Source: Octopus sinensis
Lineage: Eukaryota
Reading direction: 5' to 3'
Length of the DNA stretch: 64,000 nt
Assembly (NCBI RefSeq): GCF_006345805.1
Contig: NC_043002.1
Span: forward strand, 620,001-684,000
The notes under the pieces are model-generated. The model saw only the letters and a list, made by a program, of their open reading frames with translations, did not search any database and was not told where the DNA came from. Each line of letters begins with the position of its first letter. The stretch's first letter is position 1. The position numbers and the translations under genes were made by a program. Shown here in pieces: positions 1 to 12,225 of the stretch.

Positions 1-429
1 CAGAAAATTATATTGTATACATATAAGAGGAATGACCACTAGGTGAATTCCTAATATGCTAAAGGTAGACCCCATATGGTCTGACCACTAAGAAAAATTG
101 TTCTCAAGACATTTCGGCAAACACCAGAATGTAAAGCGAGCAATAGGCAATAAAAATTAAAATAACTAATTTTAACCATAGTCTGAAACAGCTGTAAGAA
201 GTGATTTTAATGATTTCAATAATTTATTATGATTTTTATAATTTGTATTCTTATCTTATATGTATTGAATTATAAGATATATATATGTATGCTATTAAGA
301 TTCTCAATTTGTTAAATGAATAAATAATCTAACATTCTAATATCTGAAAGTTGATGAACAAACTAAATTTGTTTCTCCATTTTCTTATTTGTATTATATA
401 TATATATATATATATACACTTAGAAAGCC

Positions 430-1430
430 TAGGCCACGACTAAATTAAAAGCACCATCTGGAAAAAGACATTTAATGATACCTCATATTAGTCATTCTGT
501 GAGCACCATAGCCCATTCAAGCAAAGAGTTATTGCTTGCAGAGATCCAGGTGTTAGGTTGTTTATCTGGAATTTGTCAAAAAAATTCATCCAGGAACCAT
601 TTGAATGTTGTGAATTTTTTCTTCTCTTATAAGGTTTGGTATGATGTTAAAGTGAACAGGGCTTGCTGAGGTGAAATACTTCTGTCTTAGTGTTATGTTG
701 TGACACGAACATGGCTTTTGTAGAGGACAGATAGCACAGTGACCAAACCTCGGATGAATTTTAAAGTTGATGCCATCATCATTTGGGTAGTGCTGCTGGA
801 ATATTTTTCACATCATATGAATGATATAGCAGTCATGTTAGAGGAAATACACCTTGAGTTTCTCAAGATGAGCTCAATAATCAAGACTTGTTATGTTGCC
901 CATTTTCCTTATGATCTATCATTGGGTTGCTTCAATTTATAATATTTTGTTTCGTGTAGGAAGACCACAGCAGACAACAGTATTCAAGGTGAGGACAGGT
1001 GAAGATAGAGAATGATAATGTCAGAAGTGTCTCTACACCAAAAAGTCCCATCCTGAGGAATCCAATAGTAAATTCTGTGGGCCCATGTCATTTTTGCTCT
1101 TGTTGTGGGCATTCCAGCTTAAGTTGTTGTGGATAGTTTCTCCAAGGTCCCTAGCTGTGTTTGATGCTATGAGGTTTTGCCCAAGGGAGGAGTGTATGGT
1201 TGCTTAAGAGCAGCCTCTTTACTAAAGTGGATTAATTTGAATTTTTGGAAAAAAATCAGACATTTTGTTTTTATTCTGATGTTGTATCAAAGCAACACAA
1301 ACTTATTTTTTATGTTGCTTTCCAGCTGTTCTTCAATCATTTTGTTTGTAATTAATTGCTTTCCCAAAGTTCTTCCCGATATTTTTTGTTATCTATTTAT
1401 ATTATTTCTCAATCTCCTATAATCAGTTTA
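430..1430 (-). mobile_element. Decayed 3' fragment of a CR1-like LINE (RT thumb / C-terminal region)
   Basis: Manual minus-strand translation across stops and frameshifts gives ARDLGETIHNNLSWNAH, PHLEYCCLLWSSY and FKWFLDEFF..IPD, matching CR1 motifs RDLG..I...LSW..H and PHLEYC..W.P. Confidence 0.7.
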
Positions 1431-2169
1431 TTGTTTATCATCCATATTCTCTCTTCAATGTTGACTTTTCTCTTTGATATCATAATATCCTGTATATTTG
1501 AATTAGTAAGTCCATGTACCATTTTCTGTACCCTTGGTGCCTTTCAAACATATCACCCCAACTCCCACTCCTCACACACATTCATTCCTTACATTCTTAT
1601 CTCTTCCTACCCCTCCCCTACTCCTCTCCCATCCCCCTCGTAATACCTTCACCACCAACTAACAATCCTTTTTTCATTTTCTCTTCCTCCTCACATATTC
1701 CTTTTGACCATTCTCCTCATTTTAACTTACACATCTTTTCTCTCTTCTCTATCTACTTAATCCTATTTACAGTACAAGAGTAGGAAGGACCTACAGTATG
1801 TATATATTTTGAACTGGTTACCAAGTAAGATTCACTCTAATTAAATTGAGTCTATCATATCAGTTAAATTCCAGATCCAGACAATAGTGAACTTTACTCA
1901 GTCAACTGTTTGACGTGAACTGTGTTCACCACGCGTGCAAGCATGCGTAAATTGCATGAAAAATAAAAAATCAAGATATAAAAACAAATCGCCGTAAACA
2001 TTGCAGAAATTCAGCAAAGAAATGAATTTTGGGGATGTAGCCTGGAGGATTTTTTCGTATTAATCGTTTGGACTTTGTGAACATATACCAATTGTTTTCA
2101 TAACATTTTTAATGCTTTGAATTAAATGTGACCATTTTGCAAAGCTGGGCAATACTGCTAGTATATATA

Positions 2170-2360
2170 TATAGGGAGAGTTTATGAAGAAAACAAAAGA
2201 CGAAGACAGGTGGTGTACAAAACAAACAGATGTATTAGTATAACACTCAGGAATAGAAAAAGTCTTTGACGTTTCAAGCCTACGCTCTTCTACAGAAAGG
2301 GACACAGAAAAAAAACAAGGAGAGAAAAAAATGCATGTAGTGGCTAATGATCTATCATGG
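2170..2360 (-). mobile_element. Penelope-like terminal (pLTR-type) fragment containing a hammerhead-like motif
   Basis: Minus strand 2264-2299 reads CUUU-CUGUAGA-A-GAGC-GUAG-GCUU-GAAA-CG-UC-AAAG, a minimal type I hammerhead layout with an A6U core change. Confidence 0.5.
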
Positions 2361-2384
2361 CGACTCCATATATATATATAATAT

Positions 2385-3140
2385 ATATATGGACAAGGAC
2401 AGCTGTGTAAAGAAGTGCTGATCTATAACTGTGCAGGGAACCTGTGGTAAAAGTAGACCCACAAAGACATGAGATGAAGTGGTGAAGTATGATTTTTGAA
2501 CTTTGAGCCTCACCAAGGCAATGACTAGTAACTGAGACTTTTGGCGATGTGCTGTGCTCAAGAGGACCCATCAAGCCAAATGCACCCATGCTGGTGGCAC
2601 ATAAAGAACATCTTTTGAACATTGGGCCTCACAGAAACAAAGAAGCTGAGTTCCATTTGAGTGATGTGCTTGATGGATGCAAAGTGGCTGTGTTCTTTTC
2701 AAGCATCAGGCCTCACAGAGGAGACAGAGTGGCTGAGTTCCTTTTGAGTGTTGGGTTTCACAGATGCGAGGTGGCTGAGTTCCTTTCAAGCATTGGGCCT
2801 CACGGAGGCAATCACCAAGGCCTTTAGCATTATGTTGTGCTTGAGAAGGAGACTCATCAAACCAAGCAAATTCGCAGTCGTGGCAGATACTGGTTTCACA
2901 CAAATTGGCATCTGTGCCGGTGACATGTAAATGCACCCTGGTGTCATGCAAATGGTACCCATGCTGGTGGCACATAAAAACACCCATTACACTCTCAGAG
3001 TGGTTGGCATTAGGAAAGGCATCTAGCCATAGAAAACCGTGCCAAATCAGACTGGAGTCTGGTGCAGCCTTCCTGCATGCCAGCCCAGTCAAACCATCTA
3101 GCCCATGCCAGCATGGACAGCAGACATTAAATGATGATGA
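2385..3140 (+). mobile_element. 5'-truncated RTE LINE: ORF C-terminus, modular 3' UTR and (GAT)n tail
   Basis: Decayed equivalent of MDEDSCVKKC..VEGTCGRGRPRKTWDEVVKHD; GTGGCACATAAA modules; ends CAGACATTAAATGATGATGATGAT. Confidence 0.85.
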
Positions 3141-5326
3141 TGATATATCAAGGGAGAAGCAGAAAGGAAGACATTTGCCTGTTCAGTGAGAACCAAAGAA
3201 CTGAAGAGTTTCAGATTGCAAGACCGTGTGTGAGAAAATTGTGATGTCATAGGAGAGGAATATGTACGGATGGGTGATGGCGCCCTTGCATCTGATGATT
3301 CTGCAAAGAAAGAGACTTGGAAATGTGAAGAATGAATGGGGGGAGGAGGAGAGTCTGCCGAAATGTTGACCCAATTGAGGGACCAGCTGCCTGAATCGAC
3401 AGTACCTTGGTAGATAAAGTAATTAAGGATATGAAGAGAGGGAGAACCCTCAGCCCTTCAGGAATCATTGCCGAGGTGCTTAAAATATTTGGCAGTGTGG
3501 ATTATGATCTAGTCACCCATATCGTAAATCAGGTGGTTCATGAAGGAGTCATACCCAGTGACTGGTGTAGCAGCACCATGGTCAACTGTTACAAACGTAA
3601 AGGTAAAGAAATAATTACAGAGGTAGCAAATTGTTGGATCAGGTGATGAAAGTTATAGAGAGGGTGATAGCCCAAGTAATTAAGGAGGGAGATAGTCTAG
3701 ATGAGATGCAGTTTGGTTTTGTGCCAGGGAAAAGCACCACTGATGCTATTTTTCTGGTAAAGCAACTGCAATTGAAATACTTAAACAAAGATAAATCACT
3801 GTACTTGGCCTTTGTTGACTTGGAGAAAGCCTTTGACAGGGTCCCCCGATCCCTTATCTGGTGGTCAATGTAGAAACTAGGGATAGATGAGTGGTTGGTA
3901 AGAGCTGTACAAACCCTGTACAGAGATGCTGTCAGTAAGGTGAGGGTTGGCAATGAGTACAGCGAAGAATTCAGGGTACAAGTAGGGGTTAATCAAGGAT
4001 CGGTCCTCAGCCTGCTCTTGTTCATCATAGTCATCCGGGCAATAACAGAGGAATTTAAGACAGGCTGCACCTAGGAGCTCCTCAATGCTGATGACCTTAC
4101 TCTTATAGCTGAATCACTACCAGATGAAGTTCCAGGCATGGACGCAAGGTCTAGAATAGAAGAGCCTTAGAGTTACCCTAGCAAAAACCAAAGTCTTCAT
4201 AAGTAGGGATGCAGACAAATCACAAATCCCTTCAGGTAGATGGCCCTGCATGATCTGTAGAAAAGGCATTGGTAGAAACGCCATGCACCCAGTGTAAGCT
4301 TTCAATGCATAAAAGGTGCAGCAATATCAGAGGAAGGTTACCAGGGAAAATAGCCTTTGTGTGTGGAAGATGCACAGGTAGAATAAACAGCAAAAACGTA
4401 CAATAAATAGACTCCATCAACTGCCAGTGGGGTAAGCTAGAGGTAGTAGATAGCTTCCGTTATCTAGGTGACCAAGTTAGTAGTGGAGGTGGATGCTCTG
4501 AGAGCATGGCTGTGAGAATAAGAACAGACTGGGTAAAATTCAGAGAACTCCTACCTCTGCTAGCAACAAAGGGCCTCTTCCTCAGAATGAAAAGCAGATT
4601 GCACGATGCCTGTGCGCAAACAGCTATGCTATATGGCGTAAGCTTGAAAGAAATGTAGCCAGTATGCATCGATGGATGTGCAATGTCAGTGTGCATGTTT
4701 GACAGAGTGTAAGCATCTTGAGAGAAAACTTAGGCATAAGAGGCATCAGATGTGGTGCGCAAAAGAGACGGCTGTGCTGGTATGGTCATGTGATGTGCGT
4801 GGATGAAAGCAGCTGTGTAAAGAAGTGCTGATCTCTAACTTTGGAGGGAACCTATAGTAGAGGTAGACCCAGGAAGACATGGGACGAGGCGGTGAAGCAT
4901 GATCTTTGAACTTTGGGCATCACAGAAGTGATGACTAGTGACCGAGACCTTTAGCAATATGCTGTGCTTGAGAAGATCCGTCATACTGAGTGAAATTGTA
5001 GTCGGGTCTGATGCTGGTATCACATAACTGGCACCCGTGCTGGTAGCATGTAAAAAGCACCTTTCGAGTGTTAGGCCTCACAGAGGCAATGACCGAGACC
5101 TTTGGCATTAAGTTGTGCTTGAAAAGAAGACCCGTCAAGCTGAGGAAATGACACCAGTGCTGGTGGCACATAAAAGCACCCATTACACTCTTGGAGTGGT
5201 TGGCGTTAGGAAGGGCATCATGCCAAATCAGAATGAAGTCTGGTGCAGCCTTCCAGCTTACTAACCCTGGTCAAACTGTCCAACCCATGCCAGCATGGAG
5301 AATGGACGTTAAACAATGATGATGAT
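3141..5326 (+). mobile_element. 5'-truncated, decayed RTE LINE (RT, PHD finger, C-terminal domain, 3' UTR)
   Basis: ORF pieces MQFGFVPGKSTTDAIF and FVDLEKAFDRVPR; degenerate YADD region near 4085; (GAT)n tail; begins directly after the tail of the previous RTE copy. Confidence 0.9.
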
Positions 5327-5681
5327 ATACATATATATATATAAACAGAAAACTGGAAAATTTCTGGTATTATTCCATGTTTCTTTGCCAATAGTAGTCA
5401 CATAGGTATACATGTCGAACAACACGTGAGACATCTATTAGTAATTCATCTGAAAGTGAATTTCCCAATGTTTAACAGTATTCTCCAGTATTTTCAAGTC
5501 TCATATAGACCATAGAATATACTTTGGAGAACTGGAATATGCAGACGTGCTTCAAGACGAAACAACTTGGATTATATGTACATACTCTGTGTGTGTGTGG
5601 TTAATCAAATATATTCAATGAGAATACAGTATACTGAATTTCAAATAAGTGCTCTTGGTAGGGAAATGTCTAAAACCTTAA

Positions 5682-6080
5682 AAGGTATTTAGAGACCTAA
5701 TAAGAGCGATAATAAATTATAAACTAAGAGCAGGAAAAATTGCATCAAAAAAAAAATCACATAAGATATACGTCCATAATATAAATAACATTGTATTTAT
5801 AGAAGAATATATAAAGTATGATTATTTAAAAAGGTTTGAGGTATCTTACGTTCGTTTCATGAATGAATTCCCGTTCGAAATGAAATCCAAAATTGATAAT
5901 CATTATTAGGTAATACATCCACTCGTCAGAGAAAAGGATGAAGGTCGTCTTTCGAATGAGAGAGATGCTATTGAAAAACGTAGGATAAAGATGTGGTTTA
6001 AAAAAGTTACTCGTATAGATGTGCATTGGTACAAACTTGGGATAAAAATTTTGGAAAAAATAATATTAAATCCGTGGTAA
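5682..6080 (+). pseudogene. Unidentified coding-like relic (about 133 codons, one internal stop)
   Basis: Frame +3: KVFRDLIRAIINYKLRAGKIASKKKSHKIYVHNINNIVFIEEYIKYDYLKRFEVSYVRFMNEFPFEMKSKIDNHY*VIHPLVREKDEGRLSNERDAIEKRRIKMWFKKVTRIDVHWYKLGIKILEKIILNPW*; no family recognised. Confidence 0.3.
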
Positions 6081-6188
6081 AATCCCAAAATGTCTGGACG
6101 TAGATAGAAGTCACAGAATTATTATTGTCTTTGCAATCCATAAATGCCAAAAATAAAAGCGGTTAAAATTTTACCTTTATAGTTTATA

Positions 6189-6536
6189 GTAGCAGTATCG
6201 CCCGGCATTGCTCAGGTTTGTTTTGACCCTTTAGAATTGGAATTTTTTAAAAGTAAAAATTTTGCATTATGTAGCTTGTTATTCTCTTTTAGTGAACATT
6301 TTTCTGGTTGAAATACACCGAAAAATGGCGACACGGCAGTCGTAGAAAAATGCACGTTTTTGATGTAAATAATTTTTGGTGTTAACATGGTCCTTCTACG
6401 GAAGGAAGTGCAAGCCTTCTTCTATCTTACTCTCAATTTTGGTCAACTTGTGCCGCAGGGTCTCGGAGGAGATAGTGTTAGTTGAAGGCTACCAAACCCG
6501 CCATACACAGACAACTTCAGCTTTATATAGAGAGAG
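6189..6536 (-). mobile_element. Non-autonomous Helitron
   Basis: Minus strand starts TCTCTCTATATAAAGCTG and ends with the hairpin-like CCTGAGCAATGCCGGGCGATACTGCTAC; inverted homologue of 7359-7749. Confidence 0.75.
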
Positions 6537-6539
6537 ATT

Positions 6540-6752
6540 ACTGAGGCATTCTACGATGCTCATCGGTGTGACAAGGCTGATCCTTACAACAGAAACAGGA
6601 AGAAAGAGTGAGAGAAGGTTGTGGTGAAAAAGTACAGCAATGTTCGCCATGTGGAACTTTAGGTGCTTTCGCTCAATAAACACTCACAATGGAATCGAAA
6701 CCGTGATCCTACGAGCTTGAGCCCTCTGCCACTTGGCCATCGCACCTCCACT
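6540..6752 (-). mobile_element. tRNA-derived SINE, internally deleted
   Basis: Head GTGGAGGTGCGATGGCCAAGTGG...GGTTTCGATTCC (A/B-box-like); same family as 45445-45815. Confidence 0.75.
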
Positions 6753-7358
6753 ATAGTTATGTGTACACAACTGGAAGATATCGTTATTATATTTTGTGCA
6801 AATGTAAAAATAGCCGTTTACTGACCCAATATCGAGTAAATTGATGTGTTATATTTAAATTATTATATTTAAAATCAGTTTGTTGTACAGATTCAAATTT
6901 CAAGAAGACATCTCTGGCATTCATCCAATTAGTGAACATGTGTATAATCTAAAATAATTCAATTTTAAGTTTCTATTGTCTTGCAACAATCCCACAATAT
7001 GATGAAAAACAAGATATTAATGTGAATCTTATCTTGATGATCTCTTATAGTGTTTAAAAGTTTTATAAAACCCATGTCTACATTTAGATAATACTTCCGA
7101 TTGACAATTAATTAAATTAATTTGTTTATATAATAATATGTCTCGCAATTCTTAAAGACGGCAGAGAGAAGATTTATGGGTATATGGTGTAGCCGAGTTG
7201 ACCAAGATCATTTAGAGTTAACGTTTTTTTACAAAGAGTTTATGTAGTCAATGAAATAGTGTACTCGTTATGTTCGGTTTAAATGAATATATGGTAAAAA
7301 AAAATGTTGTTGGAAGTTAATAGAGCTCCCTATGCATACCTTACTGTTAGAATTATAA

Positions 7359-7749
7359 TCTGTATATATATAAAGCTGAAGTTGTCTGTGTGCACCAGGT
7401 TTGGTAGCCTTCAACTAACACTATCTCCTCTGAGACCCTGCGGCACAAGTTGACCAAAATTGAGAGTATGATAGAAGAAGGCTTGTTCTTCCTTCCGTAG
7501 AAGAAAAAATTCAAATCGGACCATGTTAACACCAAAAATTATTTACATCAAAAACGTGCTTTTTTCTATAAAAATCCCTATTTTTTACGATTTTTTGACT
7601 GCTGTGACGCCATTTTTCGGTGTATCTCAAACAGAAAAATGTTCACTTAAAGAGAATAACAAGCTACATAATGCAAAATTTTTACTTTTCAAAAATTCCA
7701 ATTCTAAAGGGTCTAAACAAACCCGAGCAACGCCGGGCGATACTGCTAA
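7359..7749 (+). mobile_element. Non-autonomous Helitron
   Basis: 5' TC followed by TGTATATATATAAAG; 3' hairpin CCCGAGCAACGCCGGG followed by CGATACTGCTAA (CTRR end). Confidence 0.8.
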
Positions 7750-7769
7750 TAATAAATAATAATAAACAT

Positions 7770-8372
7770 TTTTCACGGTGGTTGGACAAAATGATGCGCT
7801 GAAAACCTTTCCTAGACCTGAGCTCTTCGAAAAGAAGGTTTTGGTGATGTACTGCTGAACTCATCCATTATAACTTCTTAAAACCCGGTAAACCCATTAC
7901 TGCAGAAATATATTGCCATGAAATTGCCAAAATGAACGAAAAACTGCTCCTCCTCCATCCCAGACTGGGTCTACAGAAAAGGACCAATCATTCTTCATGA
8001 CAAAGCTCGACCACACGTTTCAATAATGACACTCCAGAAGTTGAGGGAACTTGGCTACGAAGTTCTTCCCCACCCAACTTATTCCCAGACCTTTCTCCTA
8101 CCGACTACAATTTTTTCAAGCACTTTGATGGTTTTCTGCAAGAGAAGGAGTTCAGAAATCAAACCAATGCTGAAAGTGTGTTCGAAGAGTTCATCGGCTC
8201 CAGAACTGCAGATTTTTACGTTACTGGAATAAACAAATTTGTAACTCATTTGCAAAAATGTGTTGATTGTAATGGTACTTACTTTGATGAATAAAATTTC
8301 TGCATTGCTGAAATATATTGTGATGAATTTCATGTTTCAAAACGTTGCTTACTTTTTACGCAGTCTGATATA
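7770..8372 (+). mobile_element. mariner transposase 3' half (decayed) with 3' TIR remnant
   Basis: LHDKARPH (HDNARPH motif) and PHPTYS-PDLSPTDYNFF (YSPDLAPSD motif) across a frameshift; WQKCVDCNGxYF-like end. Confidence 0.9.
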
Positions 8373-8589
8373 TGTATTTTTAATGTAGTCACTGGTTATA
8401 GCCAGTCAGAAATTTACCATTGGTTTTGTAGAGGCACATGCAGTTTTGAAAAGTAAGGTTGTGGAAAAAACCCCGAAACAAAATTCTTTAAAGTGAAAGC
8501 CCCTGTTGGGTGAGATGGAGTTATCTCCTTTGACCAGTTCCATTTGTATCCCAAAAGGGTCAATTTATGTACGATATCTGTTCACTAGT

Positions 8590-8865
8590 CAGCAAGTGAG
8601 GAATTCCATGTCTGCAACATGAATTTTCTCTCATGAACACAATGACTAAATACCCACTTTTGGAATTTAAGAAGGCCCCTGGGTCAAGTGAATTTTTTAG
8701 AATTCTGGCTCTTTCAACCAAGCAAATTTTACATCATCTATTCCTATTGAGGTGTGATCCACGATGTTCCAGAAGCTTCCATTTAATCCTGTATTGCATT
8801 TTCTCTCCTTTTAAATACCATATAGCTGGCCAAAGATGATATTTTCTGATCAGTCATAATCAACA
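8590..8865 (-). mobile_element. Penelope-like GIY-YIG endonuclease C-terminal fragment
   Basis: Minus-strand translation QYRIKWKLLEHRGSHLNRNR*CKICLVERARILKNSLDPGAFLNSKSG..HCVHERKFML matches the PLE pattern I.W.IL...C.LC..EK..I...LN.R.E...C.H..KF. Confidence 0.7.
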
Positions 8866-9277
8866 ACTACATTTCTTGAAGTAAGAATTTCTACATCTAG
8901 TTATGAAAAATAATGATGTAGTGATTTTTGCTATCATTAGCTCTCTATAATTTCTCTACATATACATTAGCTATTGAAATAGTTGTTACAACTACAGAAG
9001 GAATTGTTAAGCTTCATCTCATTGGTCAGATTTATTGCTGGTGTAAATATGTGCCAAAAAATCCCACAAGATTGGATCAAGACTCTCTATTACCTGGGAG
9101 CCTCCCATTTGAGATAAAAAGAAATTCATTCAATCACTTTAATCAGAGAGACTAGTTGCTTTCCATTGGTTTGTCTACCTTTGTTGGCTCAACATGTTTA
9201 CACATTCTTCGCCCTCCCCCGTCTCTAACTTTCTTTTATTTTATAGAGCACACATTAACACACAAATGATCTCTCTT

Positions 9278-9319
<42 letters not shown>

Positions 9320-9871
9320 TCTCTCTCCTTGTTAAGCAACACAAATACACAGAAATCTTCACATTATGAAAAGAACACTCCTTTTTCCTCAATATTCTAT
9401 TGGCAATCATGTTCAATATAATCGTTTTTTTTTTTTTTTAACAATCAATTTATGTTAAATCAAAGGAGCACCTTCTAAACTTAATTCACCCCCACTTCTT
9501 TCTGGATTTCTAATAATTATTTTGTGCTAACATAAGATATTTTCAGTTCCCATTTACGAAGCACAATCACAAGAAATTTGTGACAAGTAAGGATCAACCT
9601 AAATATAGCTTACTTAAGCCTGTTGTGTAACATACCTTATGATCATTTTACATTTTATTGAACATTTCAAAATTTAACAAAAAAAAATCTTGGTGACCTT
9701 TTCTCAATTATGCCACAATATATAGGTTGGAAACCAATGATATAAATATTTTCAGTATTTCCTAAGAAGAATTTTTAAGGCAGTTTAGTTGACTGTTATC
9801 TCAATACAGAATGACAAACATAGCTGAGTATGTGAGCAGTTGATCTATTTCTACCTTAGAGTTACATTTAA

Positions 9872-10560
9872 ATATTAGGTCATCCCATAAATAATGCAGT
9901 TTTTTCAATTGCATGAACTAAAAGTCAGAGGGCGGACGGAATAAACTACCTGCATCAACTTGCTATAAAAGCAGGTAGTAATTTTACCTTGTAGTTATTC
10001 TTAGTGCAAGTTTTGAAGAGTGCAGTTTGATTTTAACAGTTACTTTTTCAAAGTTATAATGGAAGTGACAAAGGAGCATATTCGGCATATTTTGCTTTTT
10101 GAGATCAATAAAGGCCACAACGCCGAAGAAGGTGCGAGGAACATAAATGCAGTCTATGGGGATCGGACAATAAGTGTAAGCCAGTGTCCATGATAGTTCC
10201 AGAAATTCCGAGCTAGAAACTATAACCCAGAAGATGAGCCTCATCTTGTAGAGGAACTAGCAGACAAGCTTGGAGTTTGTCATTCAACCATTAATCAACA
10301 CCTGCATACCATTGGAAAAGTCAGCAAATTGGGTCAGTGTATTCCATTTGTTCCCCAACATGAAAAACCATTCGGCTGTGAACCAGTATCACAGCAATGC
10401 TGACATCATATCGACTGTTGATGACTTTTTTGACCAACAGGATGAAAGCTTCATCATTAATGTGAGCCAATCACTGAAACACTGATGGGAAAAGTTTGTA
10501 GATTGCAAGAGGGACAAAGTTGAAAAATAAACCATGAGAGTATTTTGGTCAGCCTATATA
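9872..10560 (+). mobile_element. Internally deleted mariner element
   Basis: TATTAGGTCATCCCATAAAT terminus; HTH region MEVTKEHIRHILLFEINKGHNAEEGARNINAVYG; ELADKLGV.HSTI..HL..IGKV.KLG; C-terminal remnant WEKFVDC. Confidence 0.85.
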
Positions 10561-10596
10561 CTTTTCAGTCGACCCACATGTAGCTTTATATACAGA

Positions 10597-10638
<42 letters not shown>

Positions 10639-10679
10639 TGCATATCATTATTCAGTATATTTTAAGATTTCTTGCCAAT

Positions 10680-11800
10680 AAAGAAAGAACTGGAATTTCA
10701 ACATCAACAACAAGGTATTTTTGTATGCATGTATGTTTTATGTATGTCTTCTCATGCATATAGTTCCATATCTAGACATGCTCGTATATATTTAAATGGT
10801 AAACTTCTCAAAAGTTTCACAGATTTTTACAGTTCCAGTGATGGATTGGATCAGTAGTCTTTGAATTAACTTTCTCTTTTCTGGTTTTGAGAAGCCTAAT
10901 TTCTCAAGATTGGTATTTAGGCAGTGTGTTACATATCCCAGGGTCCCAATAATTACAGGTATAAACCTGAACTTGTAATCTGGATAGAATAACGGCAGAT
11001 TTCTCAATAGTTCAGCTTTATGTTAACATCCACTGGGCAGCTAATTTCCACAACTGTGCACAGTTTCTCTTCTCTATTCCAAATCCTTATATCAGGTCTG
11101 TTGTGCTTACATTTTATTGAGGTCTTCACTGGGACATTCCACCAGTATTCCTTTTTATTATTATGAGTGGCCATGGCTTCTACCATATTGTGGGTTCTTC
11201 ACTCTTTGTTCTCGGGGTTATCCTTCCGACGGGTTTCATTATAGAGTGTCCTAGCTACAACATCATGTCTCATCGGTAGATAATACTGTGATGGCATTTT
11301 CAGACAACTGTTTATGATGTGGGTGATATCTTCAGTGTAAACTCCACAAAGTCTGTATCGGTTGTCACATTTTACTGCTTTTCTTGCATCTCTTTCCCTT
11401 TTGTGCATCAGGTACTTGGTTGATATTTCCTGTTCCTGGATTGCAAACGCCTACCCTTCAAAGTAAGAGGTAACATTCCAGCTATTGATCCATGATAAGC
11501 TGCTTTGATGATCAAAGTTACTAATTTGTGGCATGGTAAACTTTTACCATTGCTTCATCTCTTCCATAGCAAAAGTGATGAGACCCCTAATGCAAGGCAC
11601 TATCAAAAGATGGCTTAAAAAGACAGGTGGAGTGGGATAGTGCAATGACCTCAGTCTTCAAATCCACAAAACAAGCCATAGCTAAAGCGATCATGCTGTC
11701 CCATCCTCATAGATCAGCTTGGTCTGCATTCACAGTCAATGCCTCCGACACAGCCACTGGGGCATTTTGGAACAACACATCTGACTATCAACAAATATCA
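10680..11800 (-). mobile_element. 3' fragment of an R4/Dong-like non-LTR retrotransposon (CCHC knuckle plus restriction-like endonuclease)
   Basis: FEG*AFAIQEQEI; YRLCGVYTEDITHIINSC; RHDVVA; NRPDI; VVEISCP (PD-(D/E)xK core); FIPVIIGTLG. Confidence 0.85.
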
Positions 11801-11830
11801 TAATATTGTTTACAAATCCACATTCTGCCG

Positions 11831-11868
<38 letters not shown>

Positions 11869-12011
11869 CTCTTATTATAAAATATATATATAATTAGAGG
11901 ATGTGTTAACCTTGTGAAGGGATGGTTGTATCCAAGGAAATACTGGTTCAATACCTAGTATTGTTGGGGAATGAAATTCCCTTAAAACGATAAATATATA
12001 TTAAGCATATA

Positions 12012-12152
12012 TAAGGTTGTCCCAAAAGTTCATAGAAAGTCTTGGAAAATAATGGTCTTTATTTTGAGGAATAATTTTTGTTGTTTTTGTTAGTACTTGG
12101 CGAGTAAAAATTCAATTTTCGCAAGTGTTTACAAACTTTTGGGACAACCTAA
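12012..12152. mobile_element. Tc1/mariner-type MITE (about 141 bp)
   Basis: Ends TATAAGGTTGTCCCAAAAGTT / AACTTTTGGGACAACCTAATA are inverted repeats with one mismatch, flanked by TA. Confidence 0.8.
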
Positions 12153-12225
12153 TAGTTTGTATCCAGTTAAAAGAAGAAAAGAAAAGAAAGATATGGAAGT
12201 TAACAATTATTAATTATTAACTATA

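Noticed and set aside
3293-4100. CTGATGA strings in RTE coding sequence (also CR1 near 59732)
   Set aside because: They encode SDD/ADD/PDD residues; no stem II-GAAA-stem III geometry
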